64,000 nt of DNA. Origin: Alphaproteobacteria bacterium (GTDB taxonomy: Bacteria; Pseudomonadota; Alphaproteobacteria; GCA-2746255). Within the stretch, counting starts at the first letter, position 1, and every line of letters starts with the position of its first letter. Positions 9,504 through 23,046 of the stretch are shown one piece after another. Under the pieces are notes generated by a model. The model was not told the DNA's origin. It made no database searches and was given only the letters and a program-made list of their open reading frames with translations. The stretch lies in NCBI GenBank assembly GCA_965249135.1, contig OZ252220.1:480001-544000 (forward strand), given 5' to 3'. A program made the position numbers and the translations under genes.

Positions 9504-10658
9504 ATGACCGGTTGCGCCGCCTTGATCGTTGCCGCCGGCCGCGGTCACCGCCTCGGCGGTGGAAGGCCCAAGCAATACATGCCGCTGGGCGGCAAGGCGG
9601 TGTTGCGGCATGCCGTCGAGGCGTTCGCCACCCATCCGAAAATCGATTTCACCCAGGTCGTCATCCACCCGGACGATGACGAACTTTATGCCGAGGCCAT
9701 GGAGGGCCTTGCGATCGCCCCGCCGATTGCCGGCGGCGAGACGCGCCAGGATTCGGTGCGCCTCGGCCTGGAAAAGCTTGAGAGCCAAGCGCCCGAAACC
9801 GTGCTCATCCATGACGCGGCGCGGCCCTTCATCGATGCCGCCACCATTGAGCGCGTGGTGGGTGCCCTGGCGACCGAACGCGCCGCGATCGCCGCCGTGG
9901 CCGTTGCGGACACGTTGAAGCGCGAAGCCGCCGGCCACATTGCCGCCACCGTTGAGCGGGCCGGGCTTTGGCGGGCCCAGACCCCCCAGGGCTTTCACTT
10001 TTCGGAGATTCTCGAGGCCCACGCCTTAGCAAAGGGCACCGAATTTACGGACGATGCCGCCGTCGCCGCGGCGGCCGGTATTCCGGTTGGGCTGGTCAGC
10101 GGAACGGAAGCGAACTTCAAGGTGACCACGGCAGACGATTTCGTACGCGCCGAGCGCATGACAACCGGAACGGCGGGCTTGCCTCGTGTCGGGCAAGGAT
10201 TCGATCTGCACCGTTTCGGCCCGGGCAATCACGTGATGATCTGCGGCGTTTCCATTCCCTACAGCCAGGGGATCGAGGCCCATTCGGACGGTGACGTCGG
10301 CTTGCACGCGATCACGGACGCCATCTTAGGGGCGATCGGGGAAGGCGACATCGGCGCCCATTTCCCGCCGTCGGACCCGAAATGGCGGAACGTCGATTCG
10401 GCCGTCTTTCTTCACGACGCGCTCACCCGCCTGGCCGGACTGGGGGGGCGAATCCACAACCTCGATGTGACGCTGATCTGCGAGGAACCGAAGGTCGGAC
10501 CCCATCGCGATGCGATGGTCGCACGCATTGCCGCCATCACCGGGCTTCCGGAGAGCACCATCAACGTGAAGGCAACGACGACGGAAGGATTGGGTTTCCT
10601 GGGCAGGAAGGAAGCCATCGCGGCCCAGGCCATCGCTACCGTTGTCCTTCCGGGCTAA
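9504..10658 (+). CDS. ispDF: Bifunctional IspD/IspF
   Basis: AAGRGHR..PKQY, IHDAARP, QTPQGF then GFDLHRF, HSDGDV, KATTTEGLGF. Confidence 0.96.
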   Translation: MTGCAALIVAAGRGHRLGGGRPKQYMPLGGKAVLRHAVEAFATHPKIDFTQVVIHPDDDELYAEAMEGLAIAPPIAGGETRQDSVRLGLEKLESQAPETVLIHDAARPFIDAATIERVVGALATERAAIAAVAVADTLKREAAGHIAATVERAGLWRAQTPQGFHFSEILEAHALAKGTEFTDDAAVAAAAGIPVGLVSGTEANFKVTTADDFVRAERMTTGTAGLPRVGQGFDLHRFGPGNHVMICGVSIPYSQGIEAHSDGDVGLHAITDAILGAIGEGDIGAHFPPSDPKWRNVDSAVFLHDALTRLAGLGGRIHNLDVTLICEEPKVGPHRDAMVARIAAITGLPESTINVKATTTEGLGFLGRKEAIAAQAIATVVLPG

Positions 10659-10664
10659 CCGTCC

Positions 10665-11153
10665 GTGGACGCCTCACGGAAAGATCCCGCCCTTCCCTTC
10701 ACCCATCCGGCGTTTTGGCTGGGAACGGTTTTCGGGATCGGCCGCCTTCCGTTTGCGCCCGGCACCTGGGCTTCGTTGGTTGCGCTGCTTATCGGCTGGT
10801 TCGTTACCGGCGCCCTTGGCCATGGCGGCATCGCCCTTCTCGCCCTGCTTTTCATTCCGATCGGCATCTGGGCGGCCGAGATTTGCGCACGCGCTTCGAA
10901 AGTTGAGGACCCACCCACCGTCGTCATCGACGAGGTCGTCGCCCTCTGGGCCATCCTCGCCTTCGTGCCGCGCGAAGTGCTGTTCTATGGCCTTGGCTTT
11001 TTTCTCTTCCGGGCAGCGGATATCCTGAAGCCTTGGCCGATCCGCCAGTTCGAACGGCGGGTTCCCGGCGGCATCGGCATCATGGCGGATGACTGGCTGG
11101 CCGCCGCCTACGCGCTGGCCGGTGTTTACGCCGTGAAGTTCGTCATCGGATAG
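10665..11153 (+). CDS. pgpA: Phosphatidylglycerophosphatase A
   Basis: APGTWAS, DP..VVIDEV, FR..DILKPWPI, GIMADD. Confidence 0.93.
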   Translation: MDASRKDPALPFTHPAFWLGTVFGIGRLPFAPGTWASLVALLIGWFVTGALGHGGIALLALLFIPIGIWAAEICARASKVEDPPTVVIDEVVALWAILAFVPREVLFYGLGFFLFRAADILKPWPIRQFERRVPGGIGIMADDWLAAAYALAGVYAVKFVIG

Positions 11154-11159
11154 AAGCGT

Positions 11160-11660
11160 ATGTTTGCCAAGGAATTGTTGGAGGCAACGGACAAGCTGCT
11201 TCTTCTTTGCAACGAGGCGGGGCTTCGCCTGGCCACCGCCGAATCCTGCACGGGCGGCCTCATTGCAGGGTGCATGACGGAAATCCCCGGCGCTTCGAAC
11301 GTGCTGGAACGGGGTTTCGTCACCTATTCGGATGAATCGAAGACGGCCCTGCTCGGCGTTTCAAAAGAATTGCTCGAGACAATGGGCGCCGTCAGTGAAG
11401 AAGTCGCCAGCGCCATGGCGGAAGGGGCCATCGAGGCGGCCGGCGTCGATCTTTCCATCGCCGTCACCGGCGTTGCCGGGCCAGGCGGAGGCACGAAGGA
11501 AAAGCCGGTCGGTCTCGTCCACATGGCCGCCGCCGCCCAAGGTACTTCGACCCTTCACGAGCGCCATCTGTTCGAGGGGGGGCGCACGGAAGTTCGCATG
11601 CAGGCCGTTCGTGCCGCGATCGCGCTTCTTGCCAAACAGGCAAACACGCTTATCCCTTAA
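11160..11660 (+). CDS. cinA: CinA/PncC family nicotinamide-nucleotide amidohydrolase
   Basis: AESCTGG, TGVAGPGGG..KPVGLV. Confidence 0.92.
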   Translation: MFAKELLEATDKLLLLCNEAGLRLATAESCTGGLIAGCMTEIPGASNVLERGFVTYSDESKTALLGVSKELLETMGAVSEEVASAMAEGAIEAAGVDLSIAVTGVAGPGGGTKEKPVGLVHMAAAAQGTSTLHERHLFEGGRTEVRMQAVRAAIALLAKQANTLIP

Positions 11661-12109
11661 GCGGTGGGCGCCTTCGGCATGCCGTAGATTTCATGGGCCC
11701 GGTTCTCGAAGGCCAGAACGAGGCGCCGGACCGCCTCGTTGAACAGACCGCCAACCATTTTCTGAAAAAGGCGCGAGTGGAATTCGAAGTCGATATAGAA
11801 ATCGATCATGCAGCCGCCGTCCGGGGCCGCCTCGAAGATCCAGTGGTTGTTGAGGTGATGAAGGGGGCCCTTCGTGTAGCGAATGTCGATCCGATACGGC
11901 CGGTCGAAGACGTCGACGGATGAAAAACGCTCGCGGAGCATCTTGAAACCGATCACAAGGTCGGCATGGACCGTGTTGCCTTCCCGCTTCCGAATCCTGG
12001 CGGCCAGACACCAGGGAAGAAATTCCGGATAGCGTTCAATGTCGGCCACCAGGTCGAAAAGCTGTTCCGGCGTGTAGGGCAGATGACATTTTTCCGCGTG
12101 GGTCGGCAT
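11657..12109 (-). CDS. RatA/PasT (Coq10-like START domain) protein
   Basis: FDLVADIERYPEFLPWC ... AFE.RA; position after lipA. Confidence 0.9.
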   Translation of the reverse strand: MPTHAEKCHLPYTPEQLFDLVADIERYPEFLPWCLAARIRKREGNTVHADLVIGFKMLRERFSSVDVFDRPYRIDIRYTKGPLHHLNNHWIFEAAPDGGCMIDFYIDFEFHSRLFQKMVGGLFNEAVRRLVLAFENRAHEIYGMPKAPTA

Positions 12110-12118
12110 GGGGCCGGT

Positions 12119-13036
12119 CTAACCGCCGGCAAGCCGTGCCTCGCGCGCGTTGCGAAGGGCTTCGAAATCCGTGTCCGCGTGGTAGGAAGAACGCGTCAAG
12201 GGCGAGGAAGAAACCATAAGGAAGCCTTTCGCAAGGGCAAGCCGGCGATATTCATCGAACGCCTCAGGGGTTACGTATTCGACGACGGGCGCATGGTGCG
12301 GCGTCGGTCGCAAATACTGTCCGATGGTAAGGAAATCGACGTCTGCCGAGCGCAGATCGTCCATCACCTGAAGCACTTCGTCCTTCGACTCGCCGAAGCC
12401 CACCATGATGCCGGACTTCGTAAAGATGGAGGCATCCATCTTCTTCACTTGATCGAGCAAACGAAGCGAATGGAAATAGCGAGCCCCCGGCCGGATTCGG
12501 GTGTAAAGGCTCGGCACCGTCTCGAGGTTATGATTGAAAACGTCCGGCTTTGCTGCGACGACCCTTTCGATCGCCCCTTCCTTCCTTAAGAAATCAGGCG
12601 TCAGCACTTCGACCGTCGTTTCCGGCGCGCGGGCGTGAATTTCCTCGATGCAGCGAACGAAGTGGTCCGCGCCTCCGTCCGGCAGGTCGTCCCGATCGAC
12701 GGAGGTAATCACGATATGGTTGAGTCCCATTTCCGCAACCGCGCGCGCCACGTTTTCCGGCTCGTGCGGATCCAGAAGATCGGGCTTGCCGGTGGCAACG
12801 TTACAGAAAGCGCAGGCCCGCGTGCAGACGCTTCCCAAGATCATGACGGTGGCATGCTTTTGGGACCAGCATTCCCCGATATTCGGGCAGGCCGCTTCCT
12901 CGCACACCGTGTTGAGCTTAAGACGGCGCATCAGGTTTCGGGTTTCCACATACGCCTTCGAGCCCGGCGCCTTTACCCGAATCCAGGGCGGTTTGCGAAG
13001 CGGTTCTTGGTGTTGAAGGTTCGTGACGTCGCCCAT
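12119..13036 (-). CDS. lipA: Lipoyl synthase
   Basis: [24 protein letters not shown]. Confidence 0.98.
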   Translation of the reverse strand: MGDVTNLQHQEPLRKPPWIRVKAPGSKAYVETRNLMRRLKLNTVCEEAACPNIGECWSQKHATVMILGSVCTRACAFCNVATGKPDLLDPHEPENVARAVAEMGLNHIVITSVDRDDLPDGGADHFVRCIEEIHARAPETTVEVLTPDFLRKEGAIERVVAAKPDVFNHNLETVPSLYTRIRPGARYFHSLRLLDQVKKMDASIFTKSGIMVGFGESKDEVLQVMDDLRSADVDFLTIGQYLRPTPHHAPVVEYVTPEAFDEYRRLALAKGFLMVSSSPLTRSSYHADTDFEALRNAREARLAGG

Positions 13037-13051
13037 GCTCTCACCTCACTC

Positions 13052-14452
13052 CTAGAAATGGATGACGCGGTCATAGGCGTCAAGAACGGACTCGTGCAAC
13101 ATTTCCGAAAGCGTCGGGTGGGGGAAGATGGCTTCGATCAGGTCCGCTTCCGTCGTCTCAAGGGTGCGGGCCACCATATAGCCTTGAATCATCTCGGTTG
13201 CATCCGCACCGATGATATGGGCGCCCAAAAGCTCGCCGCTTTTCTTGTCGAACACCGTTTTCACAAGCCCTTCCGCCTCGCCTATGGCGATCGCCTTGCC
13301 GTTCCCCCGATAGGGAAAGCGCCCGATGCGGATCTCATGGCCTGCCGCCTTTGCCGCCTTTTCCGTCATGCCGACGCTTGCCACTTGCGGCATCGAATAG
13401 GTGCAGCCCGGCACGCGCGTCACGTCGAGCGGATGCACCCCCTTCACGCCGGCGATCCGCTCCACACAGACGACGCCTTCGTGGCTCGCCTTATGAGCAA
13501 GCCAGGGTGGCCCGACCAGATCGCCGATGGCATAGACCCCCGGCTCACCCGTTGCCAGCCACGCATCGACGACGACATGTCCCTTCTCGACCTTCACCTT
13601 CGTTCCTTCGAGCCCTAAGTCTTCGACGTTGCCGGTGATGCCCACCGCAAGGATCGCACGCTCCGCCTTAACCAATTCTTCCTTGCCGGCCGCTTTGATC
13701 TGCGCCGTGACCCCGGTCTTCGTCGCCTTCAGGTTTTCGACGGCCGCCTGCGCGCGGATTTGGATGCCCTGTTTTTCGAAGGCCTTGCGTGCGAGATCTG
13801 AGATTTCCTCGTCCTCCACCGGAAGGATGCGATCAAGAATTTCCACGACCGTGACCTCGGCCCCGAGATTCCGATAGAAACTCGCGAACTCGATGCCGAT
13901 GGCGCCGGAACCGATGACAAGAAGCGACTTTGGAAAGGTCTTCGGCACCATCGCCTCCATGTAGGTCCAGATCCCCTCCCCGTCCGGCTGCAGACCGGGC
14001 AGGGTCTTTGCCCGGGCGCCGGTGCCTAAGATGATGTGTTTTGCCTCGACCTCGCCGATCTTCTTCTTGGCCTTCTCGATTGTGAGCCTTCCCTTGCCCG
14101 CCAGGCGGCCCCGGCCTTCGATGACGTCGACCTTGTTCTTCTTCATGAGGTAGGTGACCCCCTTCGAGAGCTGGTCGGCGACCGCGCGCGAGCGCGCGAC
14201 GATTTTCTGAATATCGAAGCGAATGTCCTTCGCGGAGAAGCCGAAATCATCGAGGTGATGGAGAAGGTGATGAATTTCCGAGCAGCGCAGCAGCGCCTTC
14301 GTCGGAATGCAGCCCCAATTGAGGCAAATGCCGCCCAGGTGCTTTTCTTCGACGATCGCCGTCTTTAAGCCCAACTGGCTGGCACGGATCGCGGCGACAT
14401 AGCCGCCGGGCCCGCTGCCGACGACGACGAGATCGTATTTTGTGCTAGCCAT
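13052..14452 (-). CDS. lpdA: Dihydrolipoyl dehydrogenase (E3)
   Basis: GSGPGG, GGICLNWGCIPTK, HPTLSE. Confidence 0.97.
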   Translation of the reverse strand: MASTKYDLVVVGSGPGGYVAAIRASQLGLKTAIVEEKHLGGICLNWGCIPTKALLRCSEIHHLLHHLDDFGFSAKDIRFDIQKIVARSRAVADQLSKGVTYLMKKNKVDVIEGRGRLAGKGRLTIEKAKKKIGEVEAKHIILGTGARAKTLPGLQPDGEGIWTYMEAMVPKTFPKSLLVIGSGAIGIEFASFYRNLGAEVTVVEILDRILPVEDEEISDLARKAFEKQGIQIRAQAAVENLKATKTGVTAQIKAAGKEELVKAERAILAVGITGNVEDLGLEGTKVKVEKGHVVVDAWLATGEPGVYAIGDLVGPPWLAHKASHEGVVCVERIAGVKGVHPLDVTRVPGCTYSMPQVASVGMTEKAAKAAGHEIRIGRFPYRGNGKAIAIGEAEGLVKTVFDKKSGELLGAHIIGADATEMIQGYMVARTLETTEADLIEAIFPHPTLSEMLHESVLDAYDRVIHF

Positions 14453-15749
14453 ATCCTGCCTCCTTCAGGAGCATCCGAGCAGGCTCCTCGACGTAACGCT
14501 TGAAGGCGGCAAGGAATTCAGCGCCCACGGCGCCGTCGACGACGCGATGGTCGCAGGTAAGTGTGCAGCTCATCATGGTGGCGGTGGTAACCGCGCCGTC
14601 TCTGGCGACGGCGCGTGGTTCGCCGGCCCCGACGGCCATGATGCAGGCTTGCGGCGGGTTCAAAACGGCATCGAATTGGCGAATGCCGAACATGCCGAGA
14701 TTCGAAATCGTGAACGTGCCACCCTGGAACTCTTCGGGCCGGAGTTTCCCCTTGCGCGCCCTCGCAACCAGATCCTTGGCTTCCACGGCGATTTCCCGAA
14801 CCGTTTTCGCTTCCGCATTCCGGACGATCGGGGTAATCAGGCCGCGTTCCGTTGCAACCGCCATCGAAATGTCGGCCGCCTCGTATTGACGGATCGCCTT
14901 TTCACCCCAACTCGAATTCGCGCCCGGTACGTCCATCAATGCCAGCGCCGCCGCGCGAATAAGAAAGTCGTTCACGGAAAGCTTCTGATCTTCCAGCATC
15001 TCGTTCGCCTGTTTGCGTACGGAAAGAAGCGCGTCGATTTCACAATCGATCGAAAGGAAGAAGGTTGGCACTCCCTGATGAACCTGGGTCAGACGTTCGG
15101 CAATGACTTTTCGAATGTTCGTGTTCGGAATTTCCTTGAACGGCGGAAGCTCGCCGGGCGCGCGTGCGATGGGCCGGCTCCTCGCGCGCGCGCCACCCGT
15201 CTTGGGGGCGGCCTCGACGTCGCGCTTTACGATGCGCCCCTTGGGACCGGAGCCTTGGATGCGGGCAAGATCGACCCCGCCTTCCGCGGCCAGCCTTCGG
15301 GCCAGGGGAGAAGCGAAAATCCGCGCAGCCCCCCCGCCGTTCGGCTTTCTCGGTGCGGCGGGTGCGGTTGCAGCTTTCGGCGCCGGTTTTTTCGGCGGTT
15401 TTTCCGGCGCCGCCTCGAAGGGAGCGGCTTGCTTGGGCGTTTCCTGCGGCGTTGCCGGCTTCGGTGGCGCGGCGATTTTCACGTCCTTCAAGGCAGAGGC
15501 GTCTTCGCCTTCTTCCAGGAGCCAGGCAATGGGTGCGTTCACCTTCACGCCTTCCGTCCCATCCGGCACCAGAATCTTGCCCAATATTCCCTCTTCCGGC
15601 GCTTCCATCTCGACCGTCGCCTTGTCCGTCTCGACCTCCGCCAGCACGTCGCCGATGGCGACCGCGTCGCCTTCCGCCTTCACCCACTTGCTGAGCGTTC
15701 CTTCCTCCATGGTCGGGCTTAAGGCTTGCATCAGGACGTGCTTCGGCAT
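14445..15749 (-). CDS. pdhC: Pyruvate dehydrogenase E2 dihydrolipoamide acetyltransferase
   Basis: Lipoyl ETDKA, E3-binding ASPLARRLA, DHRVVDG. Confidence 0.96.
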   Translation of the reverse strand: MPKHVLMQALSPTMEEGTLSKWVKAEGDAVAIGDVLAEVETDKATVEMEAPEEGILGKILVPDGTEGVKVNAPIAWLLEEGEDASALKDVKIAAPPKPATPQETPKQAAPFEAAPEKPPKKPAPKAATAPAAPRKPNGGGAARIFASPLARRLAAEGGVDLARIQGSGPKGRIVKRDVEAAPKTGGARARSRPIARAPGELPPFKEIPNTNIRKVIAERLTQVHQGVPTFFLSIDCEIDALLSVRKQANEMLEDQKLSVNDFLIRAAALALMDVPGANSSWGEKAIRQYEAADISMAVATERGLITPIVRNAEAKTVREIAVEAKDLVARARKGKLRPEEFQGGTFTISNLGMFGIRQFDAVLNPPQACIMAVGAGEPRAVARDGAVTTATMMSCTLTCDHRVVDGAVGAEFLAAFKRYVEEPARMLLKEAGYG

Positions 15750-15753
15750 GGCG

Positions 15754-17130
15754 CTAGTCCCGGTAACAGACCGCTTTCGCGGCTTTAGCGATGCGATCGG
15801 GGTTCGGCAGCGTCAGCGCTTCGAGATTGGCGGCATACGGCATGGGAACGTCGACGCCGGTAACGCGCGTCACCGGTGCGTCCAGATAATCGAAGAGTTC
15901 CTCCATGGCGCACGCCGCAAGCTCGGAACCGATCCCGGCAAACGACCAGCCTTCCTCGACGCTGATGAGCCGGTTCGTCTTCTTCACCGATTCAAGTATC
16001 GTCGGCAAATCAAGGGGGCAGATCGTGCGAAGGTCGATCACTTCCGCGTCGATTCCTTCCTTTTGAAGTTCTTCCGCGGCGGCCAGCGCATGTGTCACCA
16101 TCAAAGAAAAGGCGGTAATCGTTACATCGCCCCCCTCGCGCAGTACGCTCGCTTTGCCGATCGGCACGAGGAAGTCGGGGTCGGCAGGCACGTCGAAGTT
16201 TTGCCCGTAAAGAAGTTCGTTTTCCAGAAACACGACCGGGTTTGGATCCCTAATCGCTGATTTCAAGAGCCCCTTCACATCGGCACCGGAATAAGGGGCA
16301 ATGACCTTCAACCCGGGTATGTGCCCATACCAACTCGCATAGCATTGGGAATGTTGGGCGGCGACGCGGGCCGCGGCCCCGTTCGGTCCACGGAAGACGA
16401 TGGCCGCCGAAACCGCGCCGCCCGACATGTAGAGCGTCTTTGCCGCCGAATTGATCAGGTGATCGATCGCCTGCATGGCGAAGTTGAAGGTCATGAATTC
16501 GATGATCGGGCGAAGGCCTGCGAAAGCGGCGCCTACGCCAAGACCGCTGAACCCCATTTCGGTGATCGGCGTGTCCACGACACGCATCGCCCCGAATTCC
16601 TCGAGCAGCCCCTGGCTTACCTTATAGGCGCCCTGGTATTCGGCGACCTCTTCGCCCATCAGAAAGACGCTTTCGTCCCGGCGCATTTCCTCCGCCATCC
16701 CGTCGCGAAGGGCTTCCCGAAGGCTTTGGGTGACCGTCTCGCCTTCGTAAGCCGCTTCCGATACGGGTGCGGGCTGAGGCTGAGGCCCAAGCTTTGCCGG
16801 TATGGTTTCTTCCGGGGTGATTTCCCGGGGCGCCGTCTTCTTCGGTGGCGGGGCAGCCTTTACGTCTTTCAGGGCAGAGGCGTCTTCGCCTTCCTCGAGG
16901 ATCCACGCAATGGGCGCATTCACCTGCACCCCTTCCGTCCCTTCCGGCACCAGGATCTTGCCAAGCGTTCCCTCATCGACCGCCTCCAGCTCCATCGTCG
17001 CCTTGTCCGTCTCGATCTCCGCCAACAAATCGCCGGACGAAACCGCATCGCCTTCCGCCTTCAACCAGCGGGAAAGGGTTCCCTCTTCCATGGTCGGGCT
17101 TAACGCCGGCATCAAGACTTGCTTCGGCAT
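15754..17130 (-). CDS. pdhB: Pyruvate dehydrogenase E1 beta subunit with N-terminal lipoyl domain
   Basis: ETDKA lipoyl domain, [23 protein letters not shown]. Confidence 0.97.
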   Translation of the reverse strand: MPKQVLMPALSPTMEEGTLSRWLKAEGDAVSSGDLLAEIETDKATMELEAVDEGTLGKILVPEGTEGVQVNAPIAWILEEGEDASALKDVKAAPPPKKTAPREITPEETIPAKLGPQPQPAPVSEAAYEGETVTQSLREALRDGMAEEMRRDESVFLMGEEVAEYQGAYKVSQGLLEEFGAMRVVDTPITEMGFSGLGVGAAFAGLRPIIEFMTFNFAMQAIDHLINSAAKTLYMSGGAVSAAIVFRGPNGAAARVAAQHSQCYASWYGHIPGLKVIAPYSGADVKGLLKSAIRDPNPVVFLENELLYGQNFDVPADPDFLVPIGKASVLREGGDVTITAFSLMVTHALAAAEELQKEGIDAEVIDLRTICPLDLPTILESVKKTNRLISVEEGWSFAGIGSELAACAMEELFDYLDAPVTRVTGVDVPMPYAANLEALTLPNPDRIAKAAKAVCYRD

Positions 17131-17139
17131 GGCCTACCC

Positions 17140-18198
17140 TTAAGCGTTGATGAGGATGTCCGTGAAAAGCTCGTCTGGGTCCGGTTCGGGAGCTTCCTGG
17201 GCAAAATCGGCGGCCTCGGAGATGATCGCTTTCACTTCGCGGTCGATCTCCTTCAGATCCTCTTCCTTCACCTTGGCGTGCGCGAGAAGCTCCTTACTTA
17301 AATGGTCGATCGGGTCACGCTTCTCGCGGATTTTTGCCACTTCCTCGCGGCTTCTGTATTTTGCGGGGTCCGACATCGAATGCCCGCGATAGCGATAGGT
17401 CCGCATCTCCAGAAGTATCGGCCCCTTACCGGCACGCGCACGATCGACCGCCGCCTTCACCTCTTTCTCGACGGCCAGGACGTCCATGCCATCGATGCGT
17501 TTTCCCGGAATGCCGACGCTTTCGCCATGCTTGTACATATCGGCGATGGCGGATGCGCGCTCAACCGCGGTTCCCATCCCATAGCGGTTGTTTTCGATGA
17601 TGTAGACGATGGGTAGCTTCCAAAGCGACGCCATGTTGAAGGCCTCGTAGACCTGCCCCTGATTGGCCGCCCCTTCTCCGAAGAAGGTAAGCACGACGCC
17701 GCCGTCCTTGCGGTATTTATGGGCGAAGGCAAGCCCGGTCCCGAGTGGGGCCGTGGCACCGACGATCCCGTGCCCGCCGTAAAACCCTTTGTCGGGCGCA
17801 AAGAAATGCATGGAGCCACCTTTGCCCTTGCAAACGCCGGCGGCGCGCCCGGTGAGTTCCGCCATGACGACTTTCGGTTCCAGTCCCGATTCCAGGGCAT
17901 GGCCATGGCAGCGATAGGCGGTGATAAACGAATCCTTCGTCCGCTCGATGGCCGCCAGCGCCCCGACGACGATGGCCTCTTGCCCGATATAGAGGTGACA
18001 AAAGCCGCCGATGAGACCCATGCCGTAGAGTTGTCCGGCTTTTTCCTCGAAGCGGCGGATGAGCAGCATGCGGCGATAGAATCCGAGGAGCCTTTCCAAC
18101 TCCGCGTTCGCCCCTTTCTTCGGCACGGCGCGCCAGCGTGCCTTGCGCGCGGGAATTCGCCTTTTCGCCGCCTTTTTGGTGAGTTTTTTTGCCGCCAT
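17140..18198 (-). CDS. pdhA: Pyruvate dehydrogenase E1 alpha subunit
   Basis: GFCHLYIGQEA, GEGAANQGQ, YRYRGHSMSDP; likely ATG 18198. Confidence 0.97.
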   Translation of the reverse strand: MAAKKLTKKAAKRRIPARKARWRAVPKKGANAELERLLGFYRRMLLIRRFEEKAGQLYGMGLIGGFCHLYIGQEAIVVGALAAIERTKDSFITAYRCHGHALESGLEPKVVMAELTGRAAGVCKGKGGSMHFFAPDKGFYGGHGIVGATAPLGTGLAFAHKYRKDGGVVLTFFGEGAANQGQVYEAFNMASLWKLPIVYIIENNRYGMGTAVERASAIADMYKHGESVGIPGKRIDGMDVLAVEKEVKAAVDRARAGKGPILLEMRTYRYRGHSMSDPAKYRSREEVAKIREKRDPIDHLSKELLAHAKVKEEDLKEIDREVKAIISEAADFAQEAPEPDPDELFTDILINA

Positions 18199-18320
18199 GC
18201 CAACCAAGCCAATGGGTGCGTAGACGGCTAGACCTACGCGCAAGGAGCAGGAATTGCAAGCAAAACAACGTTATAAGACCTTTATATTATTGGGGAAAAT
18301 TAATATAAACTAAATTTAAG

Positions 18321-18683
18321 TTAATTATCTTTCCGGGAAATGCCCCTGGCCACGCGCCCGTCTTCAGCCGAAAACGGCATCAGAAGCAGAATTTCATCCT
18401 CGCCGCCCAGATTGAGCAGCCGGCGTGCCTGCTCGTCCAGCATATCGAGGTCAAGATGGTCCGGGTGCAAAAGGCGAACCCGGTTGGCGAGTCGATCGCG
18501 TTTTCCTTCGAGTGCGTGAAGCGTCGCGTTGGACTGGTTCACCTGGCCCGAGAGCTGAAGCCAGCTAAGGATCCCGTGCTCGCCTTGAATCGTGTGATAG
18601 CCAAAATAGGTAATCGCAGCGATTCCAAGAACCGGAGCGACGATTTGTTTCGCGCGGGCGCGAAGCTCGTTGAAAAGCAGCAT
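18321..18683 (-). CDS. ftsB: Septum formation initiator FtsB/DivIC
   Basis: TM helix + coiled coil + LDLDMLDEQARRLL; position after eno. Confidence 0.85.
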   Translation of the reverse strand: MLLFNELRARAKQIVAPVLGIAAITYFGYHTIQGEHGILSWLQLSGQVNQSNATLHALEGKRDRLANRVRLLHPDHLDLDMLDEQARRLLNLGGEDEILLLMPFSAEDGRVARGISRKDN

Positions 18684-18739
18684 GGCGGTGATGGAATCAC
18701 GGCGATTCCACCACGTCAACTTTTTTCGCGTGGTATTTC

Positions 18740-20023
<1,284 letters not shown>

Positions 20024-20045
20024 TCAACGTTTCTCCCAGAGCGGC

Positions 20046-20885
20046 TCAAGAGAGCGGGTGTGCCTTGGCCACCCGATCGAATTCCAAGAGCCCCTCCATG
20101 AGCGCGGGAAGCCCGGCCAGCGGTACCATGTTCGGGCCATCGGAAGGCGCCTTATCCGGGTCCGGATGGGTTTCCATGAAGACGGCGGCAACGCCTACGG
20201 CGACCGCCGCACGAGCGAGCACCGGTACGAACTCGCGCTGGCCTCCGCTGGTGTTGCCCTGACCGCCCGGCTGCTGGACGGAATGCGTCGCGTCGAAAAC
20301 GACCGGAAAGCCGCCTCGCGCCAGGATCGGCAGCGCGCGGAAGTCGGAAACCAGCGTGTTGTAGCCAAAGCTTGCCCCGCGTTCGCAGACAAGCACGTTC
20401 GAATTTCCGGCCTCGACAATCTTGCTCGTGACGTTCGCCATGTCCCAAGGCGCCAGAAACTGCCCTTTCTTGACATTGATGACCCGGCCGGTCTTAGCGG
20501 CCGCCACCAGAAGGTCCGTCTGCCGACACAGGAACGCCGGGATCTGCAGGACATCGACGGCCTGGGCGGCGCGTGCGCATTGATCGGCCGTGTGCACGTC
20601 CGTCAGCACGGCGCAACCCAACCGCTCGCGCACTTCGGCAAGGATGGGAAGCCCTTCTTCGATGCCGATCCCACGAACGCTTGTCCCGCTCGTCCGGTTC
20701 GCCTTGTCGTAGGACGACTTGTAGATGAATCCGATGCCAAGCCTATCCGTCAGATCCACGAGCGCTTCCGCCGTCTCCAATGCATGCGCCTTGCTTTCGA
20801 TCACGCAAGGACCGGCAATCAGTGCCAGCGGCAAGTCGTTCCCGACCTCGATCTTCCCGATCGCTATGTGACGTGGTTCCGTCAT
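20046..20885 (-). CDS. kdsA: KDO8P synthase
   Basis: [22 protein letters not shown]. Confidence 0.97.
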   Translation of the reverse strand: MTEPRHIAIGKIEVGNDLPLALIAGPCVIESKAHALETAEALVDLTDRLGIGFIYKSSYDKANRTSGTSVRGIGIEEGLPILAEVRERLGCAVLTDVHTADQCARAAQAVDVLQIPAFLCRQTDLLVAAAKTGRVINVKKGQFLAPWDMANVTSKIVEAGNSNVLVCERGASFGYNTLVSDFRALPILARGGFPVVFDATHSVQQPGGQGNTSGGQREFVPVLARAAVAVGVAAVFMETHPDPDKAPSDGPNMVPLAGLPALMEGLLEFDRVAKAHPLS

Positions 20886-20897
20886 TCCAGCATCCTA

Positions 20898-22616
<1,719 letters not shown>

Positions 22617-22967
22617 TCATTCACCCAAGGGAGCGCTTGGCTCGGCCGGCGGGGCAGGCTCAACCGGCAGCTCCGGCGGCGTCGCCTCGAAGGGGGTCTG
22701 CGGCTGTTCGGCATCGAGAATCGAACGCGGGCCTGTGGACTGGTTGGCCATAATGGCCAGCGTCAAGCTTGTCGCCATAAAACAAGCGGCCAGAACCGCC
22801 GTCGTACGGGTGAGCAGATTGGCGGTTTCCTTGGTCGTAAAGAGGCCGCCGCCGCTGCCGCCCCCACCTCCGATGCCAAGCCCGCCGCCTTCGCTGCGTT
22901 GCAGGAGCACGCTGCCAACCAATGCGATTGCGAGCAAAAGGTGAATAACGAGAAGAACCGTCGTCAT
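22617..22967 (-). CDS. secG: Preprotein translocase subunit SecG
   Basis: VLLQRSEGGGLG, LTRTTAVLA; ATG 22967. Confidence 0.94.
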   Translation of the reverse strand: MTTVLLVIHLLLAIALVGSVLLQRSEGGGLGIGGGGGSGGGLFTTKETANLLTRTTAVLAACFMATSLTLAIMANQSTGPRSILDAEQPQTPFEATPPELPVEPAPPAEPSAPLGE

Positions 22968-23046
22968 CGTGACCTGTTTCGCTACGCTCCTAAGGATTTG
23001 CCTGTATCTATGGCCTTCGCCTTTTACAGAATCCGCAAGCCCCGCG

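Noticed and set aside
9321-10022. 607-aa N-terminally extended NtrB
   Set aside because: The extension is antisense to ispDF and crosses the promoter; the real start is near 9320
11657-12109. Toxin-antitoxin system (RatA)
   Set aside because: No RatB partner; standard Coq10-like gene in its usual place after lipA
18262-18330. CtrA boxes in the AT-rich patch before pdhA
   Set aside because: Only mismatched TTAA-N7-TTAA versions, expected by chance in AT-rich DNA
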